Below the pieces are notes generated by a model, which did no database searches, was not told the origin of the DNA, and saw only the letters and a list, made by a program, of their open reading frames with translations. The position numbers were made by a program, and so were the translations under genes. Shown here piece by piece: positions 25,401 through 34,401 of a stretch of DNA of 35,443 bases. The stretch is taken from positions 1 to 35,443 of IMG/VR virus record IMGVR_UViG_3300025296_000057; one strand, given 5' to 3'. The DNA is from a virus (taxonomy: Duplodnaviria > Caudoviricetes). Positions within the stretch are counted from its first letter, which is position 1. Each line of letters begins with the position of its first letter.

Positions 25401-28400
25401 TCTCATTCTCAATGGTTCATCTAAAAATTCATCAGCTCCTCCCCTGCTTACATAAATACCATCTGGTTGTATGTCTTGCCTTTTTCCAACTACTTCATTA
25501 AAACTTCTTCCATCTGCTGCCAAAACTTCAGCATAAGTCTGGTTCATAGGTTTCATTTTTAGTTCCCATATTTTTATAAATTCAATTTGTTCATCATATA
25601 GAAATGGTTTCATTTCTGGATATGCTGCTAACGTATCTGCAAAAGTCCTTTCCCGTTCAACAACCTCGCCCAGCAAAGGTTTATCAGGGTTTGTGATTAT
25701 AATTTTAGGTGCGCCTGGCTTTAGACTAGAGTAGTCTATGGTTACTCCATCTTTTCTAAACTTGAATACCTTTTTTGCCTGAAATGATAATTGCTTAGAA
25801 AGAACGCTACGAATCCCCCCGGCTATATTCATCGTATCGTTTATTTGATCGAAAACACCTTCTACATAACTTTCAGGTTTTGCATATTTACTTACAGGTA
25901 TGCCTGCCATATCCACTATTTTTAGCATTGAATTTATCCCTCTACGTATTGGATCCAGACCTGTTACTATTGTTCTAATTCCAAAAGTTTTATTCGCAAT
26001 TCCTGAAGAAAAGACAATATCTGATTCAGCTCGATTACCTTTCCTAGCTTTTATTGCCTGTGGTTCAGGAGTGCTTGGAAGTATCTCATCTACATTTTTT
26101 ACATTTCTTTGTTCTCCTGAAGTAGGTATTTGGTCATCATATTTAGTACCTATTTCAGGTTGGTCTATATTATCTTTAGAAACATCAGTATTTTTTGGAC
26201 TTTTATCAGATTCTAATTTATTTTCACCATAAGCAGGAGTAGGTTTATCTTTTTCAATCTTCATCTCCTTCCTAACTTCTTTTTCAACTACTTTCTTTTC
26301 TTTATCTGTTAGTTTCAGTTCATCGCTTACATCTAAATCAGGATCATAGTTAGGATTATCAGGTCCAATTTTTGTTTGAGTCTGGTCTATTTCAAGTTGA
26401 AGTTGCCTTGTAGGCAATACTCCTGGCATAGTTTGATCTATTGCTGCTTCAAGTAAAGCATATTTATCAGGAGCAGATCCAGAGAACATATCAATTTGTC
26501 CAGCTCTTTCAGATACTTGCTTTGCGTATACTTCTAGTACAGTTGCAATTTGTTTTGAACTAGCTCTTACATTTTTATCTGGCGAAGATACTCCATTAAA
26601 CAACCTTATAAATTGTTTCTGCATACCTATATCTGGATCCATATTGTACTGGTTTAAAAAATTATTTATCGGAATTTTGTCATTTTTTAATGATCTATAA
26701 GTTTGCATAGATTGAATTAAATTATCTGAAACATCATATTCACTCTGAACTAAACCACTTTTTTGTGATTTAATTGTTTGACCTCTAATTACTGCTAATT
26801 GAGGCAATGCTTCGTCTACTGAATTGAATACATTTTTAATTTCACCTTTTGGTAATGTGTCTATTTCGTTTATTAAGAAAGCTGCGTTATTTCTACCAAA
26901 TACTTTTACATATAATGCTTGTCTAAATACTTTTATTCCTTCTGGCGTTAACCTGCCAGATACAAACCAATTTTTTGCTCTTGGATGTTTACCTAATACA
27001 GTTTGTAATTCTGTAATTATTTCAGCATTACTTTCTGCTTTTAACGTATCTTCTATTCCTTTTCCTGTAGGAATTAATCTAAGTAGAGTATTTTCGTTCC
27101 ACGCTTCTACAATTACGTCAGCTAACTCTAAATCAGATAGAGCTTCGATTTCGTCTAAGTTACCATCAACAACATAGGCTTTAATTAAATCTTCAGGTAT
27201 TTCTGTCGTTCTTTCTCTTACAAGCATAGGTATTTCATCAGGGCCAAACTTATCAAGTTCTTCTGGTGCTATTCCATATTTCTTTAAACTATTTCTAAGA
27301 ATTTCTAAATACTCTTTGTATTTTTCAGGATGTTTTAACTTGACTACTTTTAGAGCAATTACACGACCATTTCCAGCATCAACATACCCATCGCTAATTA
27401 TTGGCAGTCCAGTTTGCATTGCACCTGTATCGAACATTAATTTGTTCGGATCAAAACCAAGTATTCTATCTTCCCTAAATTTTTCTCTTTCTGTTGCATC
27501 TTTAAACCTATTTCTGTTTTGCCTTTCAGTAGGAAAATCTTTTGGATCTAACGGTTCAAATGTTTCGGTGTATGGATCGTGTGAAGTTTTTACATCATTT
27601 GCATCAATTAGTTTTATCTTTGCGTCATATTTATAAAACTCTCCACCTTGTTTTAATCTTGGATCAGTAGATCCTCCTGACATAGTTACTTCTGTATCTA
27701 TTCCATCAACTGATCTTTTAGGTTCGTCAACTGCTGCTCCTGATGGTACAGCCTTAAACTGTTCGTCTAGTATTTTCTTTTGGTATTCAGGCGTACCTTC
27801 TATTCTGTGAGGCCTTAAAATATTTTCTACATTGCTTCTGGCAGCTTGAATATGGTCATCAAATGTTGGACCTGTTATTTTTTTATATAATCCTTTTACT
27901 CCTCTAATTGCTCCTTTGGTTACAGGTAGCGCTGCTATACCACCTATTCCAAATACTGGATTGTATTCAAAAGCTGTTCTTGCTGCCGTATCTACGGCTT
28001 GCTCTACCAAATATCTTTTAAACAAATTATCACTTCTTGATATAGGTTCAGTAATCATCTGTCCGACTTTTAATCCACCTCTTGCTGCATCTATACCTAA
28101 TTTTTGTACTGCTTGGGTTGGTGCTGCGTAAGAATATCCTTTACTAGAATTAGATAAAACTGTTCCTGCTGAACCTAGAAGCTTTGATGCAGGTCGCCCA
28201 AATTTAGCTATAGCAAGAGGAACACCTATATCTATAGGTCCGAACCCTAAAGCAACATCTTGTACAGTTTGACCTAAACTTTTGTTGGTAAATGGTAAGA
28301 CTTTTGTTTTATCGCTAAAAGCAGATGCTGGAATTATAGTTTTTTGTCCGTAATCTAATCTTTGCTGAGTTCTATCTCTAAATTCTTGTTGTAACTCCTC

Positions 28401-28772
28401 ACTCGCCCAGGATAATGAAGGTCTATAATTAGGATCTTGTTTTTGCCTAAAGTCAATATAATTTTCAACTAAAGGCGCTTTAGCTTCTTGCACAGCCATT
28501 ACATTAAGCATCTTTTCCCCTAATCTTAATGCTCCTACTGCAGGTTCTTCAAAGAATTGTTGTGGAAATCCTCTTAGTGCCTGCATCCATAAATCTCTAT
28601 CCCTAGCTGGAGCTGATCCAAGCATAGGTTGTCCACGAGGCGTAGGCAAACCATAATAATAAGGCTGTGGTCCTCCTGATTGAGGAACCCTTTGTTCTCT
28701 AATCCCCTTTTTTCTTTCCTCTCTTAGCTGTTCTAAGGTTGCGCCTACTCCCATTCCACCAGACATTACCAT
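22476..28772 (-). CDS. Large internal virion/ejection (polyvalent) protein with ddrB-like ParB domain
   Basis: 2098 aa; LIDANDVKTSHD...RQNRNR...GLPIISDGYVDAGNGRVIAL...PMLVRER fits the ddrB-ParB domain of phage polyvalent proteins. Confidence 0.8.
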   Translation of the reverse strand: MVMSGGMGVGATLEQLREERKKGIREQRVPQSGGPQPYYYGLPTPRGQPMLGSAPARDRDLWMQALRGFPQQFFEEPAVGALRLGEKMLNVMAVQEAKAPLVENYIDFRQKQDPNYRPSLSWASEELQQEFRDRTQQRLDYGQKTIIPASAFSDKTKVLPFTNKSLGQTVQDVALGFGPIDIGVPLAIAKFGRPASKLLGSAGTVLSNSSKGYSYAAPTQAVQKLGIDAARGGLKVGQMITEPISRSDNLFKRYLVEQAVDTAARTAFEYNPVFGIGGIAALPVTKGAIRGVKGLYKKITGPTFDDHIQAARSNVENILRPHRIEGTPEYQKKILDEQFKAVPSGAAVDEPKRSVDGIDTEVTMSGGSTDPRLKQGGEFYKYDAKIKLIDANDVKTSHDPYTETFEPLDPKDFPTERQNRNRFKDATEREKFREDRILGFDPNKLMFDTGAMQTGLPIISDGYVDAGNGRVIALKVVKLKHPEKYKEYLEILRNSLKKYGIAPEELDKFGPDEIPMLVRERTTEIPEDLIKAYVVDGNLDEIEALSDLELADVIVEAWNENTLLRLIPTGKGIEDTLKAESNAEIITELQTVLGKHPRAKNWFVSGRLTPEGIKVFRQALYVKVFGRNNAAFLINEIDTLPKGEIKNVFNSVDEALPQLAVIRGQTIKSQKSGLVQSEYDVSDNLIQSMQTYRSLKNDKIPINNFLNQYNMDPDIGMQKQFIRLFNGVSSPDKNVRASSKQIATVLEVYAKQVSERAGQIDMFSGSAPDKYALLEAAIDQTMPGVLPTRQLQLEIDQTQTKIGPDNPNYDPDLDVSDELKLTDKEKKVVEKEVRKEMKIEKDKPTPAYGENKLESDKSPKNTDVSKDNIDQPEIGTKYDDQIPTSGEQRNVKNVDEILPSTPEPQAIKARKGNRAESDIVFSSGIANKTFGIRTIVTGLDPIRRGINSMLKIVDMAGIPVSKYAKPESYVEGVFDQINDTMNIAGGIRSVLSKQLSFQAKKVFKFRKDGVTIDYSSLKPGAPKIIITNPDKPLLGEVVERERTFADTLAAYPEMKPFLYDEQIEFIKIWELKMKPMNQTYAEVLAADGRSFNEVVGKRQDIQPDGIYVSRGGADEFLDEPLRMRNGRYKKRPDFLGRAVFNSQAEGIYRGFEYDDLETALNKYIGQVAGESLDVHVRTSLRNFTDANGEKLAFSEQEVMERVDPDLAEKLKIINKKRSKMARISKFYEDRVDDHIQNMHDEIHDAGTTIDDVRKNFKAILAAGPTKGATKEELEFAVEQLDKEYISVKKLVKNFRNKLEKGNGFYKELKGVKIKELEGLYFNERNANSLSKFYRHLEGESFFRRLPGYEKVRMASTIHLMTTSTLDDSAVLIQGQYALWHKPEIWGKALKSNIKTIMDPDELTKYTLSVDKLAEETGGFTVQEMVRYFGINLQGSEFTTFFKNSEKLNKQMDGRVIGKIEQTLTKWASELDAVNMENPEYDQSQLLLGPIKLVRWGSATANRMFDTMLQRVRIDVAQRKSQELFQAGLTKEQIIEKYAKGIGDFANTMTGTTYIDRRYGWQTDLGSILLYAPRYLYSRMKWMAMAMRGSVPIGSRSHQSKTAALTFWKQVMWMTNLTVMINDLQGHDTDFRPIIKQHDGTYRVNSNFVRLRVGDSDFNLLGLATKEVALFYGMIILAKEGKFDEAGLNFLRLKGSGLIRIANDYLFNKEFDGSPIRNKEDPVQKRILDTMLYVGDQYQPFSIQDIPDNLRDDNKALILPKAIGNMLGATEAPLSYKDKLIEKAREAGLDYTRLEPYRKRQFDREIKDTMQDYDDGLWRNLATELFGYASPQQRNSYDIADTTRLNREDDFYRWFKNKKDDNGDKYTGYDFVNDMTEAKNFYYGNKQGIEWERNLIYDYDQSIEENEENVEALNQWYEVFDIFLDEDTKLMDKKVFEIQSEFLLKGREVVIQDKDGEDVLVGGWNRDQLAYVNRNTNLLYHKPEILTELIKQGKRWNVGKFWIANLIKSRDARLEFERRGSPGSVVDPNATFIWDSRQPIPSFILRGGQIKKTISKMPEMDFLQYLNIDREPAGVGAGTSEVPGVIPWPTTSPYYKPPE

Positions 28773-28781
28773 AAGAGCCTC

Positions 28782-29120
28782 CTAAAATCCGTATAAAAAT
28801 CTTGTTGGAGGTGCTAATGCCCTTGTATAAGGGGATCCTGCTTGTTGCTGTATTCTTTGTGAAGTAGGAAACTGGTCTAAAAATTCTGAGAATGTAAGAG
28901 ATGGGGTTTCACCTTGTCTTGCAGCACTTGCGAGTTCACCTAAAAATTCGTTTCTTGCTTGTTGAAATACGTTAGATATTGTTTCTCTTTTCCTTCTTTC
29001 AGTAGCAAAAGGTTGTGCAACAGATTGAAATATTCCGAATTGTCCTTCAGGACTTGATTCTAGGTAATCTACAAACGGATTACTTGCTAGAAATGGATTG
29101 TTGTTTTCACCATTCGCCAT
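28782..29120 (-). CDS. Small putative internal virion protein
   Basis: 112 aa between two candidate ejection genes. Confidence 0.6.
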   Translation of the reverse strand: MANGENNNPFLASNPFVDYLESSPEGQFGIFQSVAQPFATERRKRETISNVFQQARNEFLGELASAARQGETPSLTFSEFLDQFPTSQRIQQQAGSPYTRALAPPTRFLYGF

Positions 29121-29136
29121 ATTTTATTCCCTATAG

Positions 29137-30879
29137 TTAAGCTCCATACGGATTCAGTCCGTATGCGCCTTGTAAATAAGTTCCAAAACTAGGAGCTACC
29201 TGTTGCCCACGTTGTGCTTGATCGAAATATTGATTGTAAAGTTGACTTACGCCAGGAAGCAGATCCTTTATTAAATTATAACCTGCGCTACCCATTCTAC
29301 CTTGTAAAGCAGTATGGCCTAACCCAGCTAATCGCCCTAAAAATGTTTGTTCAGGCTCATCTAACAACCCCCAAGTTCTAGGCTGGTAAGCTCCAATTCC
29401 TGGAATTGACTCACCAGTTTCAGGATCAATACGAATACGAGGCATACCAGTTTCAGGATCAAGAGCCTCTTGTCTGTATGGACCACCTAATACGTTTTGA
29501 AATTCTGGACCAGCTTCCCCACCTACTACATTCCTAAATACCGATCCAGCTAAATTTCTTGCAGCTAGTGGAGATCCAACTTGCTGAACCCAAGATCCAA
29601 AACCAGGTGCCTCACCAGGTAATCCCTTCGGATCGGTTAGCCCACTTATATCTTTTGTGTCAAATGCCCTTCCAAATTCATAAGGCAGACGAAAACCTTG
29701 ATATGTCCAATCTCTTTCTAAATATTTTCTGTATGGATTAGTCATTGGTAAGCTCCCTAAACCCAATGCTCGCTGATAAGCTCCATACGGATCCAGTTCA
29801 GATAATGGAATATCTGGTACTGTTGGCAATGGTCCTTGTGCAGTAGCTAGACCTTCAGGAGGAACCATTTTGGCTGGCGCAGTAGAAACAAAGCCTCCTG
29901 ATGGGGGTGGTAAAATAAAAGGATCACCTCCCGATGGAGGTACAACTGACGATGGAGTTACAACTGTCGGTGGAGTTACAACTGCTCCCCCTGGGCCTGC
30001 AAAACCTGGTATGGCTGGTCCATAAGGTTGTGGTCCAGCGAAATCGGATGGTGGCGCTGCAAAACCTGGTATGGCTGGTCCATAAGGTTGTGGTCCAGCG
30101 AAATCGGATGGTGGCGCTGCCACGCTTGGCGCTGCAAAATTAGGAGGTACATCGAACATAGGGCCTGTTCCCGGTACTAATCCTGCCTGAACGTACCTAT
30201 TTTCAAGGTCTGCTGCCGTTCCTGCAGTTCCTGGATAGCCTGGTAATCCTGTAGCTCCTGCAAATCCCGGAGTTGCTACTCCATAATCCACAGGTCCTCC
30301 TGCAAATCCCGGAGTTGCTGCTCCATAACCACCTTGCATCCCCATAGATTCTGCTATAGCTCTTTGTAGAAAACCTGAAAAATTTGGTTCTGATTCTCCT
30401 GCTTGCTGTACGAATGGACCAAAAGCCGGAGAATTTGTTAGACCTTCGATTGTTAATTTGCCAATTTTTTTACCAGCTTGTACTGCAATCGGAGCTAGTT
30501 GTCCAAGTAATTTATTAGGCAAACTATTTTCTAAATATTCATAGAATTTACCCATTGATGGGGTTGCTTCAATTTTTGTGTCACCAATTAGCAAATATGG
30601 TTCTGATTCTGTTCCTTTTAAAGCAATAGGACCTGAAGTATTATATATTTTTTCTGTTGGTGCCGTTCCAGCAAGTTGTGGCAATGCTTCGTCTGCTGCA
30701 TCCAAGACACTAGGCTGGCCAGTTGGAGCTGTTACTGGTTGTGACGTAAATGAAACTGAGAGAACATTTGCTCCAGATTCTTGTGCAGTTTCATTAGCTA
30801 ATCTTGTTGCTTCAGCTTGACTGTCTGCTTCAATTTCATAAGTTCTGTTATTGTCTAATGTGACTGTATATAAAGCCAT
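29137..30879 (-). CDS. Pro/Gly-rich putative internal virion protein
   Basis: N-terminal MALYTVTLDNNRTYEIEADSQAEA, low-complexity repeats, follows the portal. Confidence 0.65.
   Translation of the reverse strand: MALYTVTLDNNRTYEIEADSQAEATRLANETAQESGANVLSVSFTSQPVTAPTGQPSVLDAADEALPQLAGTAPTEKIYNTSGPIALKGTESEPYLLIGDTKIEATPSMGKFYEYLENSLPNKLLGQLAPIAVQAGKKIGKLTIEGLTNSPAFGPFVQQAGESEPNFSGFLQRAIAESMGMQGGYGAATPGFAGGPVDYGVATPGFAGATGLPGYPGTAGTAADLENRYVQAGLVPGTGPMFDVPPNFAAPSVAAPPSDFAGPQPYGPAIPGFAAPPSDFAGPQPYGPAIPGFAGPGGAVVTPPTVVTPSSVVPPSGGDPFILPPPSGGFVSTAPAKMVPPEGLATAQGPLPTVPDIPLSELDPYGAYQRALGLGSLPMTNPYRKYLERDWTYQGFRLPYEFGRAFDTKDISGLTDPKGLPGEAPGFGSWVQQVGSPLAARNLAGSVFRNVVGGEAGPEFQNVLGGPYRQEALDPETGMPRIRIDPETGESIPGIGAYQPRTWGLLDEPEQTFLGRLAGLGHTALQGRMGSAGYNLIKDLLPGVSQLYNQYFDQAQRGQQVAPSFGTYLQGAYGLNPYGA
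29997..30120. repeat. Perfect 60-bp tandem duplication
   Basis: 30001-30060 is identical to 30061-30120 (peptide AAPPSDFAGPQPYGPAIPGF). Confidence 0.95.
30255..30329. repeat. 42-bp-period imperfect duplication
   Basis: CTCCTGCAAATCCCGGAGTTGCT(A/G)CTCCATAA twice (peptide YG[AV]ATPGFAG). Confidence 0.85.
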
Positions 30880-30883
30880 TTAT

Positions 30884-32767
30884 CTATCCTCTTGCTCCCG
30901 GTCTTGGTTCTCCAGGCGCTCTAGTGTTGTTTGGAGGAGGCGATCCTCTAAATAAATCATACCCACTTTCTGGTCCTGTTACAACACCGTTGTTATTATT
31001 CATACTTGGTCTTGGGTTTTGTTGTGGTGGTCCTTGCTGTGGTTGACCTTGTTGTGGTTGACCTTGCATAGGCATACCCTGTGCTGCCATCATTTGCTGC
31101 TGTTGAAGTTGCATTATCGCCTGTTGAAATTGTAGTTTCCTTATATATTCTTCTCTTTGCTCATTGGTATATTGTCTTTTTAGCTGATCCAAATAGAACT
31201 GAGCTTCAACCGGTCTTTGATTTTCAAGCAGGCCTTCCCACATATTAAATGCGATAGCTTTGGGTTCTGACCTTGAACCTTGCTGTGCAAAGATTTCCTT
31301 CTTCCACTTGTCGGGATCTTCCACATCCAGTATTTCATTCCAGATATAAGTGTCCGGAGCTAGTGGTACAGGGCCTTCCCTTAACATCTGAGCTGTTGAG
31401 AACCTCTGAGGATCCTCCATTCCGAGAGAATTTTTAAACATAATCTCTAGGTTTCCTGCTTTTTTCAAATCTTCAGGTGCTATTTCCTCGTCAAAATAGG
31501 TTTGCGTTTCTCCCATCATTCCGTCAAACTGCAATTTTCCGAACCTTCCACCCTGATACTGGTATCTTAAAATATTTGCTATCTGTGTCATTGCGCCACC
31601 CAGGGCCTTCATCCTGTGGGATACCTGATGTTGTGCGCCTGCTCTTAAAATATTTGCTGCGTGACCTGACAACTGGAACTGAATATCACCAAATACTATG
31701 TCTGGTACGGTTCCCTGCTGCAATTCGCTGTTTACAGTACCGATATAGGCTCCTGCATCAGCTACAAGTTTCATTTCAGGTGCCAGTTCCATATTTTCTC
31801 CGTCTTTAAGAGAGATATTGGCTCCTTCCCTGTAGGGATCATCCATTAATCTTAAATTTCCATCCCTGCTTCTTAAAATCATAGGGTGTTTTACTGCACG
31901 CCTTACCAAAGTCTGCCAGTCGGACATTGACTTGTTCTGTGTGTCTATAAGGCTTCTGATATGAGCAAATACGCTTTCACCAACGTCACCCCATACGTTA
32001 TCTCCTGAGTAATCTCCCTGAACAAATGGCTGGGGACCAACGTATCCTATAAATGCAGGCACTATAGAGTCGCCATTTAGGTTTTTATTTTCGTGTTTCT
32101 CTGGTTTTACTAGATATCTTCCGTTTGCAACTACGCTTCTAGTGTGTCTGTCAATATATTCGTGTACGTCTACTCCTGCTTCATAGTCGCCTGGAGCAAA
32201 ATCCATATTTACTCCGTAGGAATCCTTAATAAAATCAGGGGTTCTCGAATGTGATCTTGCTATCCATTTCAGTCCGTTGTTGTCGAACTTCCAGGTTGCA
32301 TTTAGTGGATCAAAGGGTTCTATTTCGCACCTTATAGAGCCGTTGTCCTGCTTGTTGAACATAGCTCTGCCACAATACCAGCCTCTAACTGCGATATACC
32401 AGGCTAACTGGTCCTGCAGCGTTGGGGACAACATTGAGGCTAGTCTGTCATCCCCCATACGGATACATCCACGAATGAATTTTTCTAAAGTTGTGCCAGA
32501 TTCTGCGCTCTCTGGATCATTTCTGTCGTATCTGGTCCGTACAGTCATTGCTGCTTCAGTCAAATAACTGATAATTTTATCTGCCGTTGTTCTTGGCTTG
32601 TTGCTTGTGTAGGATTGGTAGCCTTCTCCAGCATCATATTCTTCAAGAGTGTAATACTTGTAGTCGGCCTCCCACCTTTCCCTGAGTTTAAGGTACTGTG
32701 GCTTTTCCTTTTCCTCGGTTACAAGCTGCTCAATCTGTTTAGCTGTGAGTCTTTTTTCAGTTGTCAT
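30884..32767 (-). CDS. Portal protein
   Basis: 627 aa directly after TerL; helical, GESVF...TQNKSMSD and GDIQFQLSG motifs, Gln-rich C-terminal tail. Confidence 0.85.
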   Translation of the reverse strand: MTTEKRLTAKQIEQLVTEEKEKPQYLKLRERWEADYKYYTLEEYDAGEGYQSYTSNKPRTTADKIISYLTEAAMTVRTRYDRNDPESAESGTTLEKFIRGCIRMGDDRLASMLSPTLQDQLAWYIAVRGWYCGRAMFNKQDNGSIRCEIEPFDPLNATWKFDNNGLKWIARSHSRTPDFIKDSYGVNMDFAPGDYEAGVDVHEYIDRHTRSVVANGRYLVKPEKHENKNLNGDSIVPAFIGYVGPQPFVQGDYSGDNVWGDVGESVFAHIRSLIDTQNKSMSDWQTLVRRAVKHPMILRSRDGNLRLMDDPYREGANISLKDGENMELAPEMKLVADAGAYIGTVNSELQQGTVPDIVFGDIQFQLSGHAANILRAGAQHQVSHRMKALGGAMTQIANILRYQYQGGRFGKLQFDGMMGETQTYFDEEIAPEDLKKAGNLEIMFKNSLGMEDPQRFSTAQMLREGPVPLAPDTYIWNEILDVEDPDKWKKEIFAQQGSRSEPKAIAFNMWEGLLENQRPVEAQFYLDQLKRQYTNEQREEYIRKLQFQQAIMQLQQQQMMAAQGMPMQGQPQQGQPQQGPPQQNPRPSMNNNNGVVTGPESGYDLFRGSPPPNNTRAPGEPRPGARG

Positions 32768-32770
32768 ATT

Positions 32771-34189
32771 TTACCAGTATGATATTGATGGTTCTCTCGG
32801 ACTATAGGAACTTGCTTCCCTTGCGTGACCAAATTCGTGTATGAGTCCATAAGTTATAGCCTTTACTGCGTGATTATACCTGTCCCTGGGCGTTGTGCCT
32901 AGCACGTTGCCCTCACGATCAGTCGCCCAAGAGTAAACCTTGGTCTGTCCGTTAAAGGGATTAGGGCCTCCTCCTAGTTCGCTTATCGCACCTTTGCAGT
33001 CAGGTGAAAAAACAATTTTGGGTTCCTTCATAATAGGATCAATCTTTAAAAACGTATTGAATCTTTCAACACCTTCTATAATTCTTACATAAGTCGGGTG
33101 CAGATACAATCCCGACTGCTCCTGCCACACTTCAACCTGAGAAGGCATTGCCTGATGCTGCGCACCGGCCTGATCTATGGCTCCGTACTTGTCTGCCTTG
33201 TTCCACCAGGCTCTTGTCATAGCTATCTGGCATATTTCAGGACCGATCTTTTCCTGCTCGTATATTTCATCAAATACCCTGATCTGCCCGTCAATAATCT
33301 GAGCAAACTCCACAGCATAAGCCGAATCCGTAGCTCTCGAATATCCCGGATCCACCCAGACATACACAGGGACACCCTCTACAAAGTCCACATCCTGTAT
33401 ATGAACCTCATTCCTAAACATTTCGTGTACCCTTCCCTTCGGAGGACTAGGCACGCCGGCAAATCTTTCCATAAACCACGACTCGCTGTGCGTATTTTCC
33501 AGCTTAACTATCTCAGGATCCTCCCTGCCACCAGGAAACAGTTCCGTATTAGTCCACGTTGGGAGGGAGAAGCTCTTTACGTTTTCAGAGTTCTGGACAG
33601 CAGGAGAGGACCAATGTATATATTTCTCAGGATACCATCCAAGGCTACTTTCAAAAGTACCTTCAAGCATCAACCACCCTCTTGCCTCTACCAATCTCTC
33701 CTCCAGCCTCCAAAAACTCTCCAAATCCAACTGAGATGCCTCGCAAGCCACAATTCCTCTGGGAGCCTCCATAGCCAAACTCTTAAAATCACTAGCAGAC
33801 TTGGTCTTTACAGCTATCCTTTCGTGATTACACCTAGCTTCGCCACATACACATACATTTAATCTTAAAATTCCGGGGTTAATAGGCTTGCTCATCTCTC
33901 CCAAAAGGCCTAGGTTACTTAAATCAGTACCAATATAATTAAATTCTGCCCTGGTTCTCTCATAATCAGCAGCAACCAGCCAATATATATCACCCGGATT
34001 AGCAGTCTTATTCGCAATACTCTCTAAAATCTTAACAGTAAGATAAGCAGCAGCCAATCTGCTCTTACCACCTCTTATACCACCAGCTACCAACTTATAG
34101 CGTGCAGCATCATCCAATATCGTTAACTGCGCCTCAGTAGGCTTTAAGCGCATCTGAGCTAGTAACTTATCCCTCGTAGTGGTGTCCAT
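32771..34189 (-). CDS. terL: Terminase large subunit
   Basis: PTEAQ adenine motif, Walker A AGGIRGGKS, LEGT motif III, RNaseH-like VWVDPG and VFDEIY; start moved to ATG 34189 because the upstream extension merely translates a repeat. Confidence 0.92.
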   Translation of the reverse strand: MDTTTRDKLLAQMRLKPTEAQLTILDDAARYKLVAGGIRGGKSRLAAAYLTVKILESIANKTANPGDIYWLVAADYERTRAEFNYIGTDLSNLGLLGEMSKPINPGILRLNVCVCGEARCNHERIAVKTKSASDFKSLAMEAPRGIVACEASQLDLESFWRLEERLVEARGWLMLEGTFESSLGWYPEKYIHWSSPAVQNSENVKSFSLPTWTNTELFPGGREDPEIVKLENTHSESWFMERFAGVPSPPKGRVHEMFRNEVHIQDVDFVEGVPVYVWVDPGYSRATDSAYAVEFAQIIDGQIRVFDEIYEQEKIGPEICQIAMTRAWWNKADKYGAIDQAGAQHQAMPSQVEVWQEQSGLYLHPTYVRIIEGVERFNTFLKIDPIMKEPKIVFSPDCKGAISELGGGPNPFNGQTKVYSWATDREGNVLGTTPRDRYNHAVKAITYGLIHEFGHAREASSYSPREPSISYW

Positions 34190-34197
34190 ACTAAGAT

Positions 34198-34225
34198 ATT
34201 GTACATAAGATTTTAAATCTGTGAA
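34198..34225 (-). promoter_or_regulatory. Putative promoter for a near-leaderless terL transcript
   Basis: TTCACA-16 bp-TACAAT, 8 nt before the ATG, no SD. Confidence 0.5.
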
Positions 34226-34340
34226 GTAGTACTCATCAAGTAAGAAAGAAAGACCACCAAGCCACACCCCCCAAGAAGAAAGGAAGAATATACTGTTAAT
34301 CGCCCTGCTCTTATTTATTATAGTCACCACCCCAAGAAGA

Positions 34341-34401
34341 AAGAAAGAAAGCAAGAAGAAGAAAGCAAGAAGAAGAAAGCAAGAAGAAGAAAGCAAGAAA
34401 G
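34341..34401. repeat. Purine-rich 14-bp tandem repeat
   Basis: AAGAAGAAGAAAGC x3 at 34353-34394 with partial flanking copies. Confidence 0.9.

Noticed and set aside
29997-30120. 60-bp repeat as CRISPR array or DGR template/variable pair
   Set aside because: No spacers, no adenine-specific mismatches and no reverse transcriptase in the window
33098-33862. 254 aa + strand ORF
   Set aside because: Antisense to terL, no recognisable motif
34190-34396. Hydrophobic N-terminal extension of TerL
   Set aside because: It is the translation of the CTT-rich repeat tract; TerL motifs begin after ATG 34189
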